Source: the human T2T-CHM13v2.0 reference genome, Homo sapiens. Taken from it: a stretch of DNA of 64,000 nt. Location of the stretch: assembly GCF_009914755.1 (NCBI RefSeq), contig NC_060938.1; one strand, given 5' to 3'. The notes under the pieces are model-generated. The model worked only from the letters and a program-made list of their open reading frames with translations. It had not been told where the DNA came from and did no database searches. This document shows positions 33,185-53,159 of the stretch, in pieces. Position numbers and translations under genes: made by a program. Position 1 is the stretch's first letter. Every line of letters begins with the position of its first letter.

Positions 33185-34282
33185 CTTTTTAAAAAAAAAT
33201 TAAGGTAAATATACATAACATAAAATTTACTGTCTTAACCATTTTTAAGTGTCCAGTTCAATATTAAGTACATTAATATTGTGGTACAATGATAACTACT
33301 ACCTCCAGAACTCTCTTTATACTGCAAAACTGAAATTCCTGTGCCACATAAACAATAATTTCCTCCCATAGGCCCTGGAAACCAACATTCTTTTCTATCA
33401 CTATGAATTTGACTACTGTCACCATTGTACTTACTATCTCTATGAATCTATTTTAGGTACCTTATATAAGTGGAATCATATCGTGTTTGTTCTGTTGTGA
33501 CTGGCTTATTTCACCTAGCATGATGTTCTCAAGGTTCACCCATATTGTAATGAGTCAGAATCTCCTTTTTAAAGGCTGAATAAAATTCCATTCTGTGTAT
33601 ATACCACATTTTACTTATGCATTCGTCAGTTGATGGACACTTGAGTTACAGTCACCTTTTGGCTGTTGTGAATAAACTATACTGCTATGGACATGAGTAT
33701 ACAAATACCTCTTCAAGACCCTCCTTTTAAAGATTTTGGGTGTATATTTAGAAGTGGAATTGCTAAATCATATATTCTATTTTTAATTTTTTGAGAAACT
33801 ACCATACTATTTTCTTTTCTTTTCTTTTTTCTTTTTTTTTTTTTTTTGAGACAGGGTCTCACTCTATTGCCCTGGGGCTAAAGTGCAGTGGAACGATCTC
33901 ACCTCACTGTAACCTCCACCTCCTGGGCTCAAGCAATCCTCCCACCTCAGCCTCCCAACAGCCTCCCAAGTAGGTGGGACTACAGGCGCAAGCCACCACG
34001 CACAGCTAATTTTGCCACAGCCTTTTTACATAGAGACAGGGTTTTACCATGTTGCCCAGGCTTGTCTCAAACTCCTGAGCTCAAGTGATCCACCTGACTC
34101 AGTCCCCCAAAGTGCTGGGATTATAGGCGTGAGCCACTGCACCCAGTGACCATATTGCTTTCTATAGCAGCTGCACCATTTTCCATTATGACTAATGATG
34201 CTCAAGTATTCAGATTTCCCCATGTCCTCCCCAACACTTGCTTTTTCCTATTTGTTTAATAGTAGCCATACTAAAAGGTGTT
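33185..34282 (-). mobile_element. L1MB 3' end containing an antisense AluJ (~33810-34146)
   Basis: CATAACATAAAATTTAC..CTTAACCATTTTTAAGTG L1MB end; Alu with long T tract. Confidence 0.75.
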
Positions 34283-34334
34283 GACACATTGCCTTTTGAG
34301 AAAGCATTTCTAACTTAAAAATTATCCAAAAATA

Positions 34335-34628
34335 CCCAGGCACAGTGGCTCACACCTATGGGAGACAGAGGCAAGTGGATCACTTGAGCCCAGGCATTTA
34401 AGAGTAGCCTAGGCAACATGGTGAAACCCTGTCTCTTCAAAAAATACAAAAATTAGCTGGATGTGGTGGCATGCAACTCTGGTCCCAGCTACTCAGGAGG
34501 CTAAGGTGGGAAGATTACTTGAGCCAGGGAGGTCAAGGCTGCAGTAAGCCATGATCATGCCACTGCACTCTGGCCTAGGTGACAGGGAGATGCTGTCTCA
34601 AGAAAAAAAAAAAAAAAGGAAAAAGAAA
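34335..34628 (+). mobile_element. AluJ
   Basis: Diverged Alu dimer with poly(A). Confidence 0.88.
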
Positions 34629-34799
34629 ACCCATAATGTTGACACAGGATATATAGAATCCTTATATATCTACCCTTTGACCAGGTTATCTTCATTTTTA
34701 AATCATCAGACCAAAAATTTGAAAACCCTGTTTAAAAATTTCTGAAGAATACCATTTGAAACCTTTGTTTTTGATTTCAATTAAGAAATGTATACTTTA

Positions 34800-35090
<291 letters not shown>

Positions 35091-35137
35091 TCACAGCCTT
35101 TGATTGTCGTATTAATCATATAAAAATCAGTGTTATA

Positions 35138-35614
35138 CGTATGTTTATTGCAGCACTATTCACAATAGCAAAGACTTGGAACCAACCCAAATGTCCAACA
35201 ATGATAGACTGGATTAAGAAAATGTGGCACATATACACCATGGAATACTATGCAGCCATAAAAAATGATGAGTTCATGTCCTTTGTAGGGACAGGGATGA
35301 AATTGGAAATCATCATTCTCAGTAAACTATCACAAGACCAAAAAACTAAACACCGCATATTCTCACTCATAGGTGAGAATTGAACAATGAGATCACATGG
35401 ACACAGGAAGGGGAACATCACACTCTGGGGACTGTTGTGGGGTGGGGGGAGGGGGGAGGGATAGCATTGGGAGATATACCTAATGCTAGATGACGAGTTA
35501 GTGGGTGCAGCGCACCAGCGTGGCACATGTATACATATGTAACTAACCTGCACAATGTGCACATGTACCCTAAAACTTAAAGTATAATAATAAAATTTTA
35601 AAAAAAAGATAAAA
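35138..35614 (+). mobile_element. Young 5'-truncated L1, L1PA2-like
   Basis: 3' UTR GATGACGAGTTAGTGGG (GAG, not Ta-type ACA), CACAATGTGCAC; perfect 16 bp TSD AAAAATCAGTGTTATA at 35122-35137 and 35615-35630. Confidence 0.9.
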
Positions 35615-35730
35615 AAAAATCAGTGTTATAAATTTTAAGTTTAGTGTTTTCTAAGTTTCTAAGTTTTCTAAGTTAATATTTGAATTTATGTAGAGTTTGA
35701 GAACATTTCTACATTAAAAAAGTAAATATC

Positions 35731-36058
<328 letters not shown>

Positions 36059-36689
36059 TCATGCTAAATGATAAATGAATAAAAGCATACATAGGGAAAT
36101 GCCTTTTGGGTGCAATCTAGGAAAGATCACAAACAGTAGGAATGGTTAACTCATCTCTGCTTGTATATCTTAGTTGAAGAGATAGAAGGTAGGGGAGAAA
36201 GTAACTACCAGCTATAGGTCATAGCTACAAACACAGTGTCTGTCTCAGGCCTTGTGCTTGACACTTTGTATTCTCCCTTTTCTATTCTTTTTATGTTTGC
36301 AACAAACCTTCGTGTAGGCTGTCATATTTTTGAAGGAAAATTAGATTCAAATAATTTTAAAGGAGGAAAAAAGGCATGTTAGGCAAGAGTAGAGACTTCT
36401 TAGTACATATTTTTAAAGACCAGTTTGGTCGCTACATACAAGTTATATGGGCAAGTCATTTTACCTCTGACCTTCCTTTTTTGTGAAATGAAAGGTAATT
36501 AGATGATTTCTAAGGACCCTTCCAGATTTTTAATTTCTGTGCTTTACATTTTTTTCTTCTGTATCATATTAGTAACTTTTTTGTAGCACAAAACTGGTTC
36601 AGTGTTTACATGCTTTAAATATCTGGATCATTTGAATTAAGTTGGTTGGGATTACAGGCGTGAGCCACCGCGCCTGGCCTTAAAATGAT

Positions 36690-39600
36690 CTCTAGAGACA
36701 ATGACAGCCATTATATAATTTTTAAAGGGTCAACTTAACAGGAAGATGTAACAATTATCTACATACCCAACATCAGAACTCCTAAATATATCATGCAATT
36801 GTGGACAAATCTGAGGGAGAAATTGACTTTAATACAATAATAGAAGACTTCAATAATCCACTTTCAATAGTGGATACATATTATAAGACCCAGACAGAAA
36901 TCATTTAAACCGCTGACTTGAACAACATAATAGACCAAAGGAATTTAACAGATATATACAGACCTTTATACCCTATTGAAGAATACGCACTCCTCAAGTG
37001 CACATGAAACCTTCTTCAGAATAGATCTCATATTAGGCCATAAAATCAGACGTAACATATTTAAGAAGATAAAAATCATTTCAAGTATCTTTTTCAACCA
37101 GAATGGAATAAAACTAATAATTAATAGCTGTAAGAAAATGGGAAATTCACAAATACATGGCAACTAAACAACACATTCTTGAACAAGTATTGAGTCAAAG
37201 AAGAAATAAAAACAGAATTTTGATATCTTGAGGCAAAGGAAAACAAAACCACAATATACCAAAACTTACAGAATGCAGCAAAATTAGTACTAAGAGAGTG
37301 GTTTATAGTGATGAATACTTACATTAAAAGAGGGGATCTCAAACAACTCAACTGTATACCTCAAGGAACTAGAAAAAGAAGAATAAACTAAGCCCACCTC
37401 GGTAAATCCCTAGAAACATACAACCTTCAAAAACTGAATCAAGAAGAAATATCCTGAATAGACTAATAGAAAAAAGGAGATTGAATCAGTAATCAAAAAC
37501 TTCCCAACAGAGGCCACATGTGGTGGCTCATGCCTGTAATCCCAGCACTTTGGGAGGCCAAGACAGGCAGATCACTTGAGGTCAGGAGTTCAAGACCCTC
37601 TGGCCAACATGGTGAAACCCCGACTCTACTAAAAAATACAAAAAATTAGCCAGATGTGGTGTTGCACACCTGTAATCCCAGCTACTCAGGAGGCTGAGGC
37701 AGGAGAATCACTTGAATCCAGGAGGTGGAGGTTGCAGTGAGCTGAGATCATGCCCCTGCACTCCAGCCTGGGTGACAGAATGGGATAAAATCTCAAAAAA
37801 ATAAAATTAAAAATTAAAAAAAACTTCCCAACAAAGAATAGCCCAGGACCAGATATCTTCATAGGTAAATCTACCAAATATTCAAAGAAAGGATAGCACC
37901 AGTCCTTCTTAAACTTTTATAAAAATAGAAGTGGGAATACCTCCAAACTCATTTTATGAGGCTAGCACCACCCTGATGCCAAAACCAAACAAAGACAACA
38001 CAAGAAAAGAAAGCTACAGGCCAATATATCTGATTGATATAAGTGCAGAAATCTTCAGTAAAATACCAGCAAACTGAATTCAATTGCATGTTAAAAGAGT
38101 CAAACACCATGACCAAGTCAGATTTATCCCTGGGATACAAAGGTGGTTCAACATATGCAAATCAACCAATGTGATATACCACAGTAACATAGTGAAAGAT
38201 TAAAAACCACACAATCATCTCAATACATGCAGAAAAACCATTTGACAAAATTCAGCATCCATTCATGATAAACTCTCTCAACAAAATAGGAATAGAAGGA
38301 ACTTACTTCAACAGCATGAAAGCTATATATGAAAATCTCACAGGTAACATGATGCTTAATGAAGAAAAACAAAGCTTTTCCTCTAAGATCTGGTATAAGG
38401 CAAGGATTCCTCACTTTTGCCACTTCTGTTTAACATAGTATTGGAAGTCCTAGCCAGAGCAATTAGACAAGAAAAAGAAATAAAAGGCATACGAATTAGA
38501 AAGAAAGCAGTAGAGCTGGGTGTGGTGGTTCACTCCTGTAATTGCAATACTTTGGGGGACCAAGGTGGAGAGATCACTTGAGGCCAGGAGTGGCCAGCCT
38601 GGGCAACATAGTAAGACCATGCCTCTACAAAATAAAAAAACTAAAAATTAACCAGGCATGGTGACACATACCTGTAGTCCTAGCTACATTGGAGGCTGAG
38701 GCAGTAGGATCACTTGAGCCCAGGAATTCAAGGTCACAGTGGGCTTTGACCGTGCCACTGAATTCCAGCTTGGGCAGCAGAGAAAGACCCTGTCTCAAAA
38801 AAAAAAAAAAAAAAAAAAAAAAGTAAGGTTACTTCTGTTTGTGATGACATGATATATATGTAGAATACCCTAATGCCCAATAAAAAAGAACTGTTGCAAT
38901 AAATTCAATATAGTTTTAGGATACAAAATTAATGTACAAAAACCAGTGGCATTTCTGTACACAAACAACTGTCTGAAAAGGAAATTAAGAAAACAATGCC
39001 ATTTGCAACAGCAACAGAAAGGATAAAATGCTTAGGAATAACCTTAAACAAAAAGGTTGAAAACTTGTACACTGAAAACTATAAAACATCAATAAAGGAA
39101 ATTTTAGAAGACACAGATAAATGGAAGACATCCATATTTATGAATTGGAATAATTAATATTGTTATAATTTTTGTACTACCCAAAGTAGTCTATAAATTC
39201 ACTGCAATCCCTATAGAAATCCCAAAGACATTCTTTACAGAAATAGAACAAACAATCGTAAAATTCATGTGGGACCACAAAAGACCACAAATAAAACAAT
39301 CTTGAGCAAGAAAAACAAGGCTGGAGAAATCACACTTTCTAAATTTCAAAATATATTTCAAAGCTACAATAATCAAAACAGTATGGAACTGGCAAAAAAA
39401 ACACATACCAGACCAATGGAAAAGAATGGAGAACCCAGAAATAAATCCATGTGTTTATAGTCAACTTATCTTCAAAAGGGTACCAAACACACACAGTGGG
39501 GAAAGGATAGTGTCATCAATGAATGACTCTGGGAAACCTGGATAGTCCCATGCAGAAGGATGAAAATGGACTCTTAAACCATAGACAAAAATCAACTCAT

Positions 39601-41010
39601 ACAAAAATCAGCTCAAAATGGATTTAAAAACTTAAATATAAGGTCCTAATCCATAAAACTACTAGAAGAGAACATAGAAAAAAAGCTTCTTGGCTTTAGT
39701 CTGGGCAATAATATTTTTGGATATGACTCTGAAAGCCAGGCAACAAAAGCAAAAATAGACAAGTGGAATTCACCAAACTCAAAAGCTTTTGTACAGCAAA
39801 GGAAACAATCGACAGAGTGCATAGGCAACTTACAGAATGGGAGGAAATATTTGCAAACCATGTATCTGATAAGAGGTTAATATCCCAACTGTGTAAGTAA
39901 TAAGTACAACTCAATAGCAAAAAAAAAAAAAAAAAAAAAAAAACCCAAAACCTTGCTATAAAAATGCATGAAGGACCTGAGTAGACATTCTCAAAGGAAG
40001 ACATACAAGTGGCCAATAAGTGTATGAAAAGGTGCTTAACATTACTAATTATCAGGGAAATGCAAATCAAAACCTTAATGAGATATCACTCACACCTGTG
40101 AGAATGGCTATCAAAAAGACAACATGTAACAAGTGTTGGCAAGGATGTGGAGGAAAGGGAACACTTGTGCACTGTTGCTAGGAATGTAAGTTGGTACAGC
40201 CATTAGGCAAATCAATATAGAGGCTCCTCGAGAAATTGAAAATAGAACTACCATACGATTAAGCAATCCCACTTCTGAATATATATCCAAAGGAAATGAA
40301 ATCAGTATGTCAAGGAGATATCTGTTCTCCCATGTTTGTTACAGCATTATAGCAAATAGTCAAGATATAGAAACAACCTAAATGTTGACAGATGAATGGA
40401 TAAAGAAAATGTGGTATGTGTATAAAGAAATACTACACACACATACACACAACCCACACCACATTTATAACATACACAGACACATGCAAAACCCACACCA
40501 CATAGCCTTTAAAAAGAAGGAAATCCTGTCATTTCTGTCATTTGTGACAACACAGATGAACCTGAGGGTTCATTTTAGCTTCCACATATAAGTGAGATCA
40601 CGTGGTACTTGCCTGTGTCTGGATTATTAAACATGTGTATGTGCAATCTAAAGTGGGCAACCTCAGAGAGGCAGAGAGTAGAATGGAAGTTGCCAGGGGC
40701 TACAGGAAGGAGGAAATGGGGAGATGTTGGTCAAAGAGTACAAAGTTTTAGTTAATGCAAGTTGAGTAAGTTCTGGAGATCTAATGTACAGCATTAATTA
40801 GAGTTAACAGTACTGTATAATATACTTGAAATTTGCTAAGACAGTACATCTGTGTTCTCACCACAAAAAAAAGAAAAAGTAGCAACTATGTTAGGTGATA
40901 GATGTATTAATTATCTTGATTATGATCATTCACAATGTATATCAGAATATCAAATTAAATGCCTGAAACATATACAGTTTGTCTGCTATACCTTAACAAA
41001 GCTGAAAAAA
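36690..41010 (+). mobile_element. L1MA-type LINE-1 (ORF2 + 3' UTR) with nested AluS (37512-37820) and AluJ (38514-38822)
   Basis: Degenerate ORF2 (e.g. 36976..37167) and L1MA 3' end; AluS TSD AAAAACTTCCCAACA. Confidence 0.85.
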
Positions 41011-41394
41011 TTATTACCTAAGCAACCTGATATATATATAAACTTAAATAGAATGGCCATCTGGTCATGACTGGAAAGAATATATTAACCAGATATATTT
41101 GGTTAATGTATTGACTGGACCAAAAGAAAAGGCATATCTTGTTATAAGATAGAAAGACTCTATATAATGCAAATATATTGATACATACTTTTTAAAGTAT
41201 TGATACTTTTTAAAGTAATTTCTAAATTCAATGTGAGCTCAATTAAGATGCCAAAAATCAGTATTGTTCATACACTACTTGACAAAATGTTCCAAAATTA
41301 ACCTACATATATATGAGAAAATAGCCAGAAATAATCTGAACATGAATAGAAAAGAGTAGTAGAGTAGCCCTACTAAGTATTTAAAAGTATTTTA

Positions 41395-41688
<294 letters not shown>

Positions 41689-41769
41689 AGTCAAAATCAC
41701 AAATTTAAAATGGTCATTTAATTTATTTTGCTAGAGTAACAAAATAACATTTAATTTAGTTTGCTAGAG

Positions 41770-42830
41770 TTTATTCATTGATTTATTCAGCATATATTTA
41801 TTGGGCCCCTGCTATGTGCTAGACATTGTTCTAAGGGCTGGGACTAAAGAGGTGAACAGGACAAATTTCCTGCTTTTGTAGAGTTTACATTGTAGTTGGA
41901 GAAGACAAACAATAAGCAAATACAAATAAATAAAGAATATGTCATATGGTAATAAATGCAATGGAAAAAAAATGACTGAGAGTCCCTTGGAGGAGAAGCC
42001 CTTGCTGATAAGGTGACAATTGAGCAGAGACCTGAAAGAATTAAGGAAGAGGCATGTGGCTATCTGGGGAAAAAGCAATCCAGACAGAGGAAACAGCAAG
42101 TTTAAAAGCCTTGAAATGGTGTCATGATTGGTGTTTTCAAAAAACAGCAAGGAGGGCTGTGTAGCTAGTATGGAATAAGCCAACTGAAGAGTAATAGATG
42201 AAGTCACTGAGATGGGACAGAGGGATGCAGAGAATAAAAGGCAGTGGCCATTGCAAAGACTTTGGCCTTCACTCTGAATGAAATTGCAAGCCATTGGAGG
42301 GTCTTGAAGAGAGGAGTAGCAGGGCTACTTTTACTTTTAAAAGCATCCCTTTGGCTTCATAGTTGGGAATAGTCTGAAGCAGAATGACTAGTTAGAAGAC
42401 AGTAAATAATCCAGATGAGAAATAATGGTGACTGGGACCAGAGTGGTTGCAGTGGAGAGAGATTGAAATAATCAGATTCTGGAAACATTTCAAATGTGTG
42501 TCCATAGTATTTACTGATGGGTTGGATGTAGATGTAGTGTGAGAGAGAAAAGAGGATTGGGTCAAAAATGACTTCCAAGACTTAGAACCTCTCAGCCAAA
42601 AGGATGGAGTTATGATTTACTGAAGTGAGCAATACCATAGGAAAAGATTGAGAGGAGAAAGCAAAGCAGTAGTTCAGTGTTGGTCATTACATTTGAAATA
42701 AATGCCTATTACATAGCCAGTTGGCAACCCTTAGGAGGCAGTTGGAGTGCAAGTCTGGAATTCAAGAGACAATTTCAGGATAGAGCTAAAAATGTGGGAT
42801 TTGACAGCATATAGGGGGTATTTAAAGAAT
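41770..42830 (-). mobile_element. L2 LINE
   Basis: TTTATTCATTGATTTATTCAGCATATATTTATTG L2 3' end followed by typical purine-rich antisense body. Confidence 0.75.
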
Positions 42831-43569
42831 TGCTTGCACTTTTTGTTTTTAAAATGTAGATTTAGCTAGTGCTTATTTATCCATGGTATTTTCTGCTTTT
42901 AGTCAATTAAGGCAGGAATTTTTCCTTTTTGCTACATAAACCAAATTGTGATGGCTTAGAGTAATTGCAAATATTATAATCACCAAGTTAAGTGTAATTA
43001 ATAATCATTCTTCATTATATATGATTTTTCATTATAATGAATTTGGCTTAGAAACAGGCTTTCTAGACACATAAAAAGAGAAGTCTCTGGATTTGAGCCA
43101 TCTCTGTTTTTATAAGCTACTCTGTACTTTTCTGTCATAGCAGACTACTGACTTGATCAGTTCCTAACCTGGAATATAGTTTATTGAATTATTTAAATAA
43201 TTTAATTTTTATAGAAGTTTTATTGAAAAATAATTTACATACTATAAGATTCACTGATTTTTTACTAAATTTACAGAATTGTGCAACCACAAACCAATTT
43301 TAGAACATTTTCATCATTTTATGAAGATCCCTTGTACCCATTTGCAGCCACGCTGCAAATTCCTACCCCTAGCCCCAGGCAACCACTAATCTACTTTTTT
43401 TTTTTTTTTAGCATTCTATTTTTTGTTATTGGGAAAAGAAGAAATTCTATTAAATAAATATATTTACAAATCAAAATGATCTTTAATCAATTTGTAACTA
43501 GTTTCCACAATTGCATTTGTATACAGTTTCTTTAGAGAAGAAAAATATTGACTAAAAAATGTCCAGGTG

Positions 43570-48660
<5,091 letters not shown>

Positions 48661-49216
48661 CATATACAGTATTTCATCCTGTATATGTACCACATTTTCT
48701 TTATCCAATTCACCATTAATGGACACCCAGGTTGGTTCCATATCTTTGCTATTGTGGATAGTGCTGTGTTGGATATGAGGGCATGTGTCTTTTTGGTAGA
48801 ATGATTTTTTGGGGGGGGTTTATACATGGTAATGGGATTGCTGGGTTGAATGGTAGGTCTATTTTTAGTTATTTGAGAAGTCTTCAAACTTTCCTCAGTG
48901 GCTCAGTCTTCAGCTTTCCTCAGTGGCTGAACTCACATTCCCAAGAACAGTGTGTAATTCCTTTTTCCCCGCAACCTTGCCACATCTACTATTTTTTGAC
49001 TTCTTAGTAATAGCCATTCTGGCTGGTATGAAATAGTATCTCATTGTGATTTTATTTGCATTTCTCTGATGATTAGTGATGTTGAGTACTTTTTTATTTG
49101 TTGGCTGCTTTTATGTCTTCTTTTGATAAGTGTCTATGTCCTTTTCTCACTTTTTAATGGGGTTATTTGTTTTTCTTCTTGCTTTTTCTTTTTTTTTTAA
49201 GTTCCTCATAGATTCT

Positions 49217-49647
49217 TGTATTAGGGTTCTCTAGAGGGACAGAACTAATGAAATATATATATAAAGGGGAGTTTATTAAGTATTAACTCACATGATCACA
49301 AGGTCCCACAATAGGCCGTCTGCAGGCTGAGGAGCAAGGAGAGCCAGTCTGAGTTCCACAACTGAAGAATTTGGAGTCCGATGTTTGAGGGCAGGAAGCA
49401 TCCAGCACAGGAGGAAGATGTAGGCTGTGAGAGTAGGCCAGCCTCAACCCTTCACGTTTTTCTGCCTGCTTTATGTTCGCTCGCAGCTGATTAGATGGTG
49501 CCCACCCAGATTAAGGGTGGGTCTGCCTTCCCCAACCCACTGACTCAAATGTTAATCTTCTTTGTCAGCACCCTCACAGATATACCCAGTACCAATACTT
49601 TGCATCCTTCAATCCAATCAAGTTGACATTCAGTATTAGCCATCACA
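49217..49647 (-). mobile_element. MLT2A (HERV-L) solo LTR
   Basis: Reverse complement starts TGTGATGGCTAATACTGAATGTCAACTTGATTGGATTGAAGG; 5 bp TSD ATTCT. Confidence 0.9.
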
Positions 49648-52600
49648 ATTCTTGATATTAGTTTTTTGTCAGATGCATAGTTTACAAATATATTCTCCCA
49701 TTCTGTTGGTTGTCTGTTTACTCTGTTGATAGTTTCTTTTGCATTGCACAAGCTTTTTAATTTAATTAGGTCTCACTTGTCAATTTTTGTTTTTGTTGCA
49801 ATTGCTTTTGAGGACTTGGTCACAAATTCTTTGCCAAGGCCAATGTCCAGCAGAGTATATCCTAGGTTTTCTTATAGAATTTTTATAGTTTTAGGTCTTA
49901 CATTTAAATCTTTAATCCATCTTGTAGCCTTGTAGTGTAGTTTGAAGTCGGGTAATGTGATGCCTCCAGTTTTGTTCTTTTTGCTTAGGACTGCTCTTTT
50001 TTGGTTCCATATAAATTTTAGAATAGTATTTTCAATTTCTGTGAAAAATGATGTGAGTAGTTTGATAGGAATAGTGCTAAATCTCTAGATTGCTTTGGGC
50101 AGTATGGACATTTTAATGATATTGACTCTTCCAATCCACGAACATGGAATGTTTTTCCGTTTGTGTGTGTCAGCTCTGATTTCTTTCAGCAGTATTTTGT
50201 AATTCTTTTAGATATCCTTCACCTCCTTAGATATTTTCCTAGGTATTTTATTTTGTGTGTGTGTAACTATTGTAAATGAGATTGTGTTCTTGATTTGGCT
50301 CTCAGCTTGAATATCATTGGTGTATAGAAATGCTACTGATTTTTGCACATTGATTTTGTGTCCTAAAACTTTACTGGAATCGTTTATTAGTTCAAGAAGC
50401 CTTTTGGCAGCATCTTTAGGGTTTTCTAATTATAGAATCATATCATCAGGAAAGAGATAATTTGACTACTACTTTTCCAATTTGGATGTGTTTTATTTCT
50501 TTCTCTTACCTAATTACTCTGGCTAGGACTCCAGTAGTATGTTGAATAAGAGTGGTGATAGTGGGCATCCTTATGCTGTTCCAGTTCAAAAGAGGAATGC
50601 TTCCAGCTTTTGCTCATTCAGTATGATGTTGGCTGTGGACTTGTAATAGATGGCTCTTATTATTTTGAGGTATGTTCTTTTGATGCCTAATTTGTTGAGG
50701 GTTTTTTTTTTTAATCATGAAGGATTGCTAGATTTTATTGAAGCTTTTTGCTACATCTGTTGAGATGATCATAAGGTTTTTGTTTTTAATTCTGTTTATA
50801 TGGTGAATCGCATTTATTGATTTGCATATGTTGAACCAGCCTTTCATTCCAGGAATGAAGCCTACTTGACTGTGGTTTATTAACTTTTTGATGTGCTGTT
50901 GGATTCAGTTTGCTACTATTTGTTGAGCATTTTTGTGTCTATGTTAATCAGGGATATTGGCCTATAGCTTTCGTTTTTGGTGTGTCTTTACCAGATTTTG
51001 GTGTTAGAATTATGCTGGTTTCATAGATTGGGTTTCATAGAATGAGTTAGGGAAGAGTCCTTCCTCAAGTTTTTGGAATAGTTTCAGTAGGATTAATACC
51101 AACTATTGGTATGTCTGGTAGAATTTGGCTGTGAATCTCTCTGGTCCAGGGCTTTTTATGGTTGGTAGGTTTTTTTTATTACTGGTTCGATTTTGGAACT
51201 CAGTATTTCTCTTCAGGGTTTCAATTTCTTCTGAATTCAATATTGGGAAATTGTATGTTTCCAGAAATTTATCTATTTCCTCTAGATTTCCTAGTTTCTA
51301 TGCATAAAAGTCTTCTTAATAGTCTCTAAGGATCTTTTCTATTTCTGTGGGGTCTGTTGTAATGTTGCCTTTGTCATATCTGGTTGTACTTATTTGGATC
51401 TTCTCTTTTATCTTTGTTAATCTTGCTAACAGTCTGTTGATCTGTTTATCCTTTCAAAAAACCAACTTTTTGTTTCATTGAACATTTATATGGATTTTGG
51501 AATCTCAATTTCAATTATTTCTGCTTTTAGATAATTATTTTCTACTACTAGCTTTGGGATTAGTTCTTGTTATTCTACTTCCTCTAGTTGCAATGTTAGA
51601 TTAATTTGAGATCTTTCTGTCTTCTTGATGTAGGTATTTAGCACTGTAAACTTGCCTCTTAACACTGCTTTTGCTGCATCCCAGAAATTTTGGTATGTTG
51701 TGTTTCTGTTTTTATTTATTTCAAAGAGTTTTTTTGTTTTTTTTTAATTTCACCTTCTGTTGTTTACCCAAAAGTCATTCAGGAGCAAGTTGGTTTAATT
51801 TCCATGTAAAATTATGTGGTTTTGAGGAGTACTCTTGGTATTGATTTCTACCTTTTTTTCCACTGTGGTCCAAAAATATGTTTGGCGTGGTTTCAATTTT
51901 TTTACATTTATTGAAACTTGCTTTGTCTTCGAGCATGTGGTTGATCTTAGAGTATGTTCCACATGCAGATGAGAAGAATGTTTATTCTGTGGTTGTTGGG
52001 TGGAGTATTCTTCTGTAGATGTCTATTAGGTCCAGTTGGTCAGGTGTCAAATTTAAATCCAGAATTTCTTTGTTAGTTTTCTGCTTTGAGGGTCTATCTA
52101 ACACTGCCAGTGGGATGTTGAAGTCCCCCATTATTAATGTGTGGCTGTCTAAATCTTTTCATAGGTCTAGAAGTACTTGTATGAATCTGGGTGCTCCAGT
52201 GTTGGGTGCAAATATACCTAGGATAGGTAAGTCTTGTGGAATTGAATCCTTCGTCATTATGTAATGCCCATCTTTGTCCTTATTGCTGTTGGTTTAAAGT
52301 CTGTTTTATCTGATACAAGAATAGCAACCCCTGCTCTTCTATTTACTGTTTGCATGATAGGTCTTTCTTCATCACTTTACTTCAGGCCTATAGGTGTCAT
52401 TACATGTGTGATGGGCCTCTTGAAGATAGTAGAAGGTTGGGTCTTGTTTTTTGTTTTTTTTTAAATAAAATATTATTTTATTTTTTAAATAAAAAAAATA
52501 AAAAGTGGTTCTTGCCACTCTGTGCCTTTTAACTGGGTACATTTAGACCACTTACATTCAAGGTTAATATTGATATGTGAGGTTTGATCCTGTCATGGTG

Positions 52601-52747
52601 GTGTTTGCTGTTTGCTTTGTAGTCTTGATTGCGTATTTGCTTTATAGGATCTGTGAACCTCTGTATTTATGTGTTCTTTTATGGTAGTGAGTATCATTCT
52701 TATGTATGCATGTTTAGAACTTCCTTGAGCATTTCCTATAGGCTAGG

Positions 52748-53159
52748 TGATGTAGTTTGGGTATTTGTCCCCACCCAAATGTCACATTGAAATGTAACCC
52801 CTAGTGTTGGAGTTGGCGCCTGATGGGAGGTGATTGGATCATGTCTGTGAATTTCTCATGAATGGCTTAGCGCCACCCCCTTGATGCTGTCCTTGTGATA
52901 GTGAGTGGGTTCTTGCAAGATCTGGTTGTTTAAAAGTGTATGCCCCCACAGCCTTCCCCTCTCGTTCTTGCCATATGAAATGCACATTCCCTCTTCGCCT
53001 TCCACCACGAGCAAAAGCTTCCTGTGGTCTCCCCTGAAGCAGATGCTGGCATTGTGCTTCCTGTACAGCCTGCAGAATCATGAGCCAATTAAACTTCTTA
53101 CCTTATAAATTACCCAGTCTTGGGTATTTCTAATAGCAATGCAAGAACAGTCTAACACA
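52748..53159 (+). mobile_element. MaLR solo LTR (MSTB-like)
   Basis: TGATGTAGTTTGG...CTAACACA; 5 bp TSD CTAGG. Confidence 0.88.

Noticed and set aside
41812-42294. 160-aa minus-strand ORF
   Set aside because: Lies wholly within a decayed L2 element; no recognisable domain.
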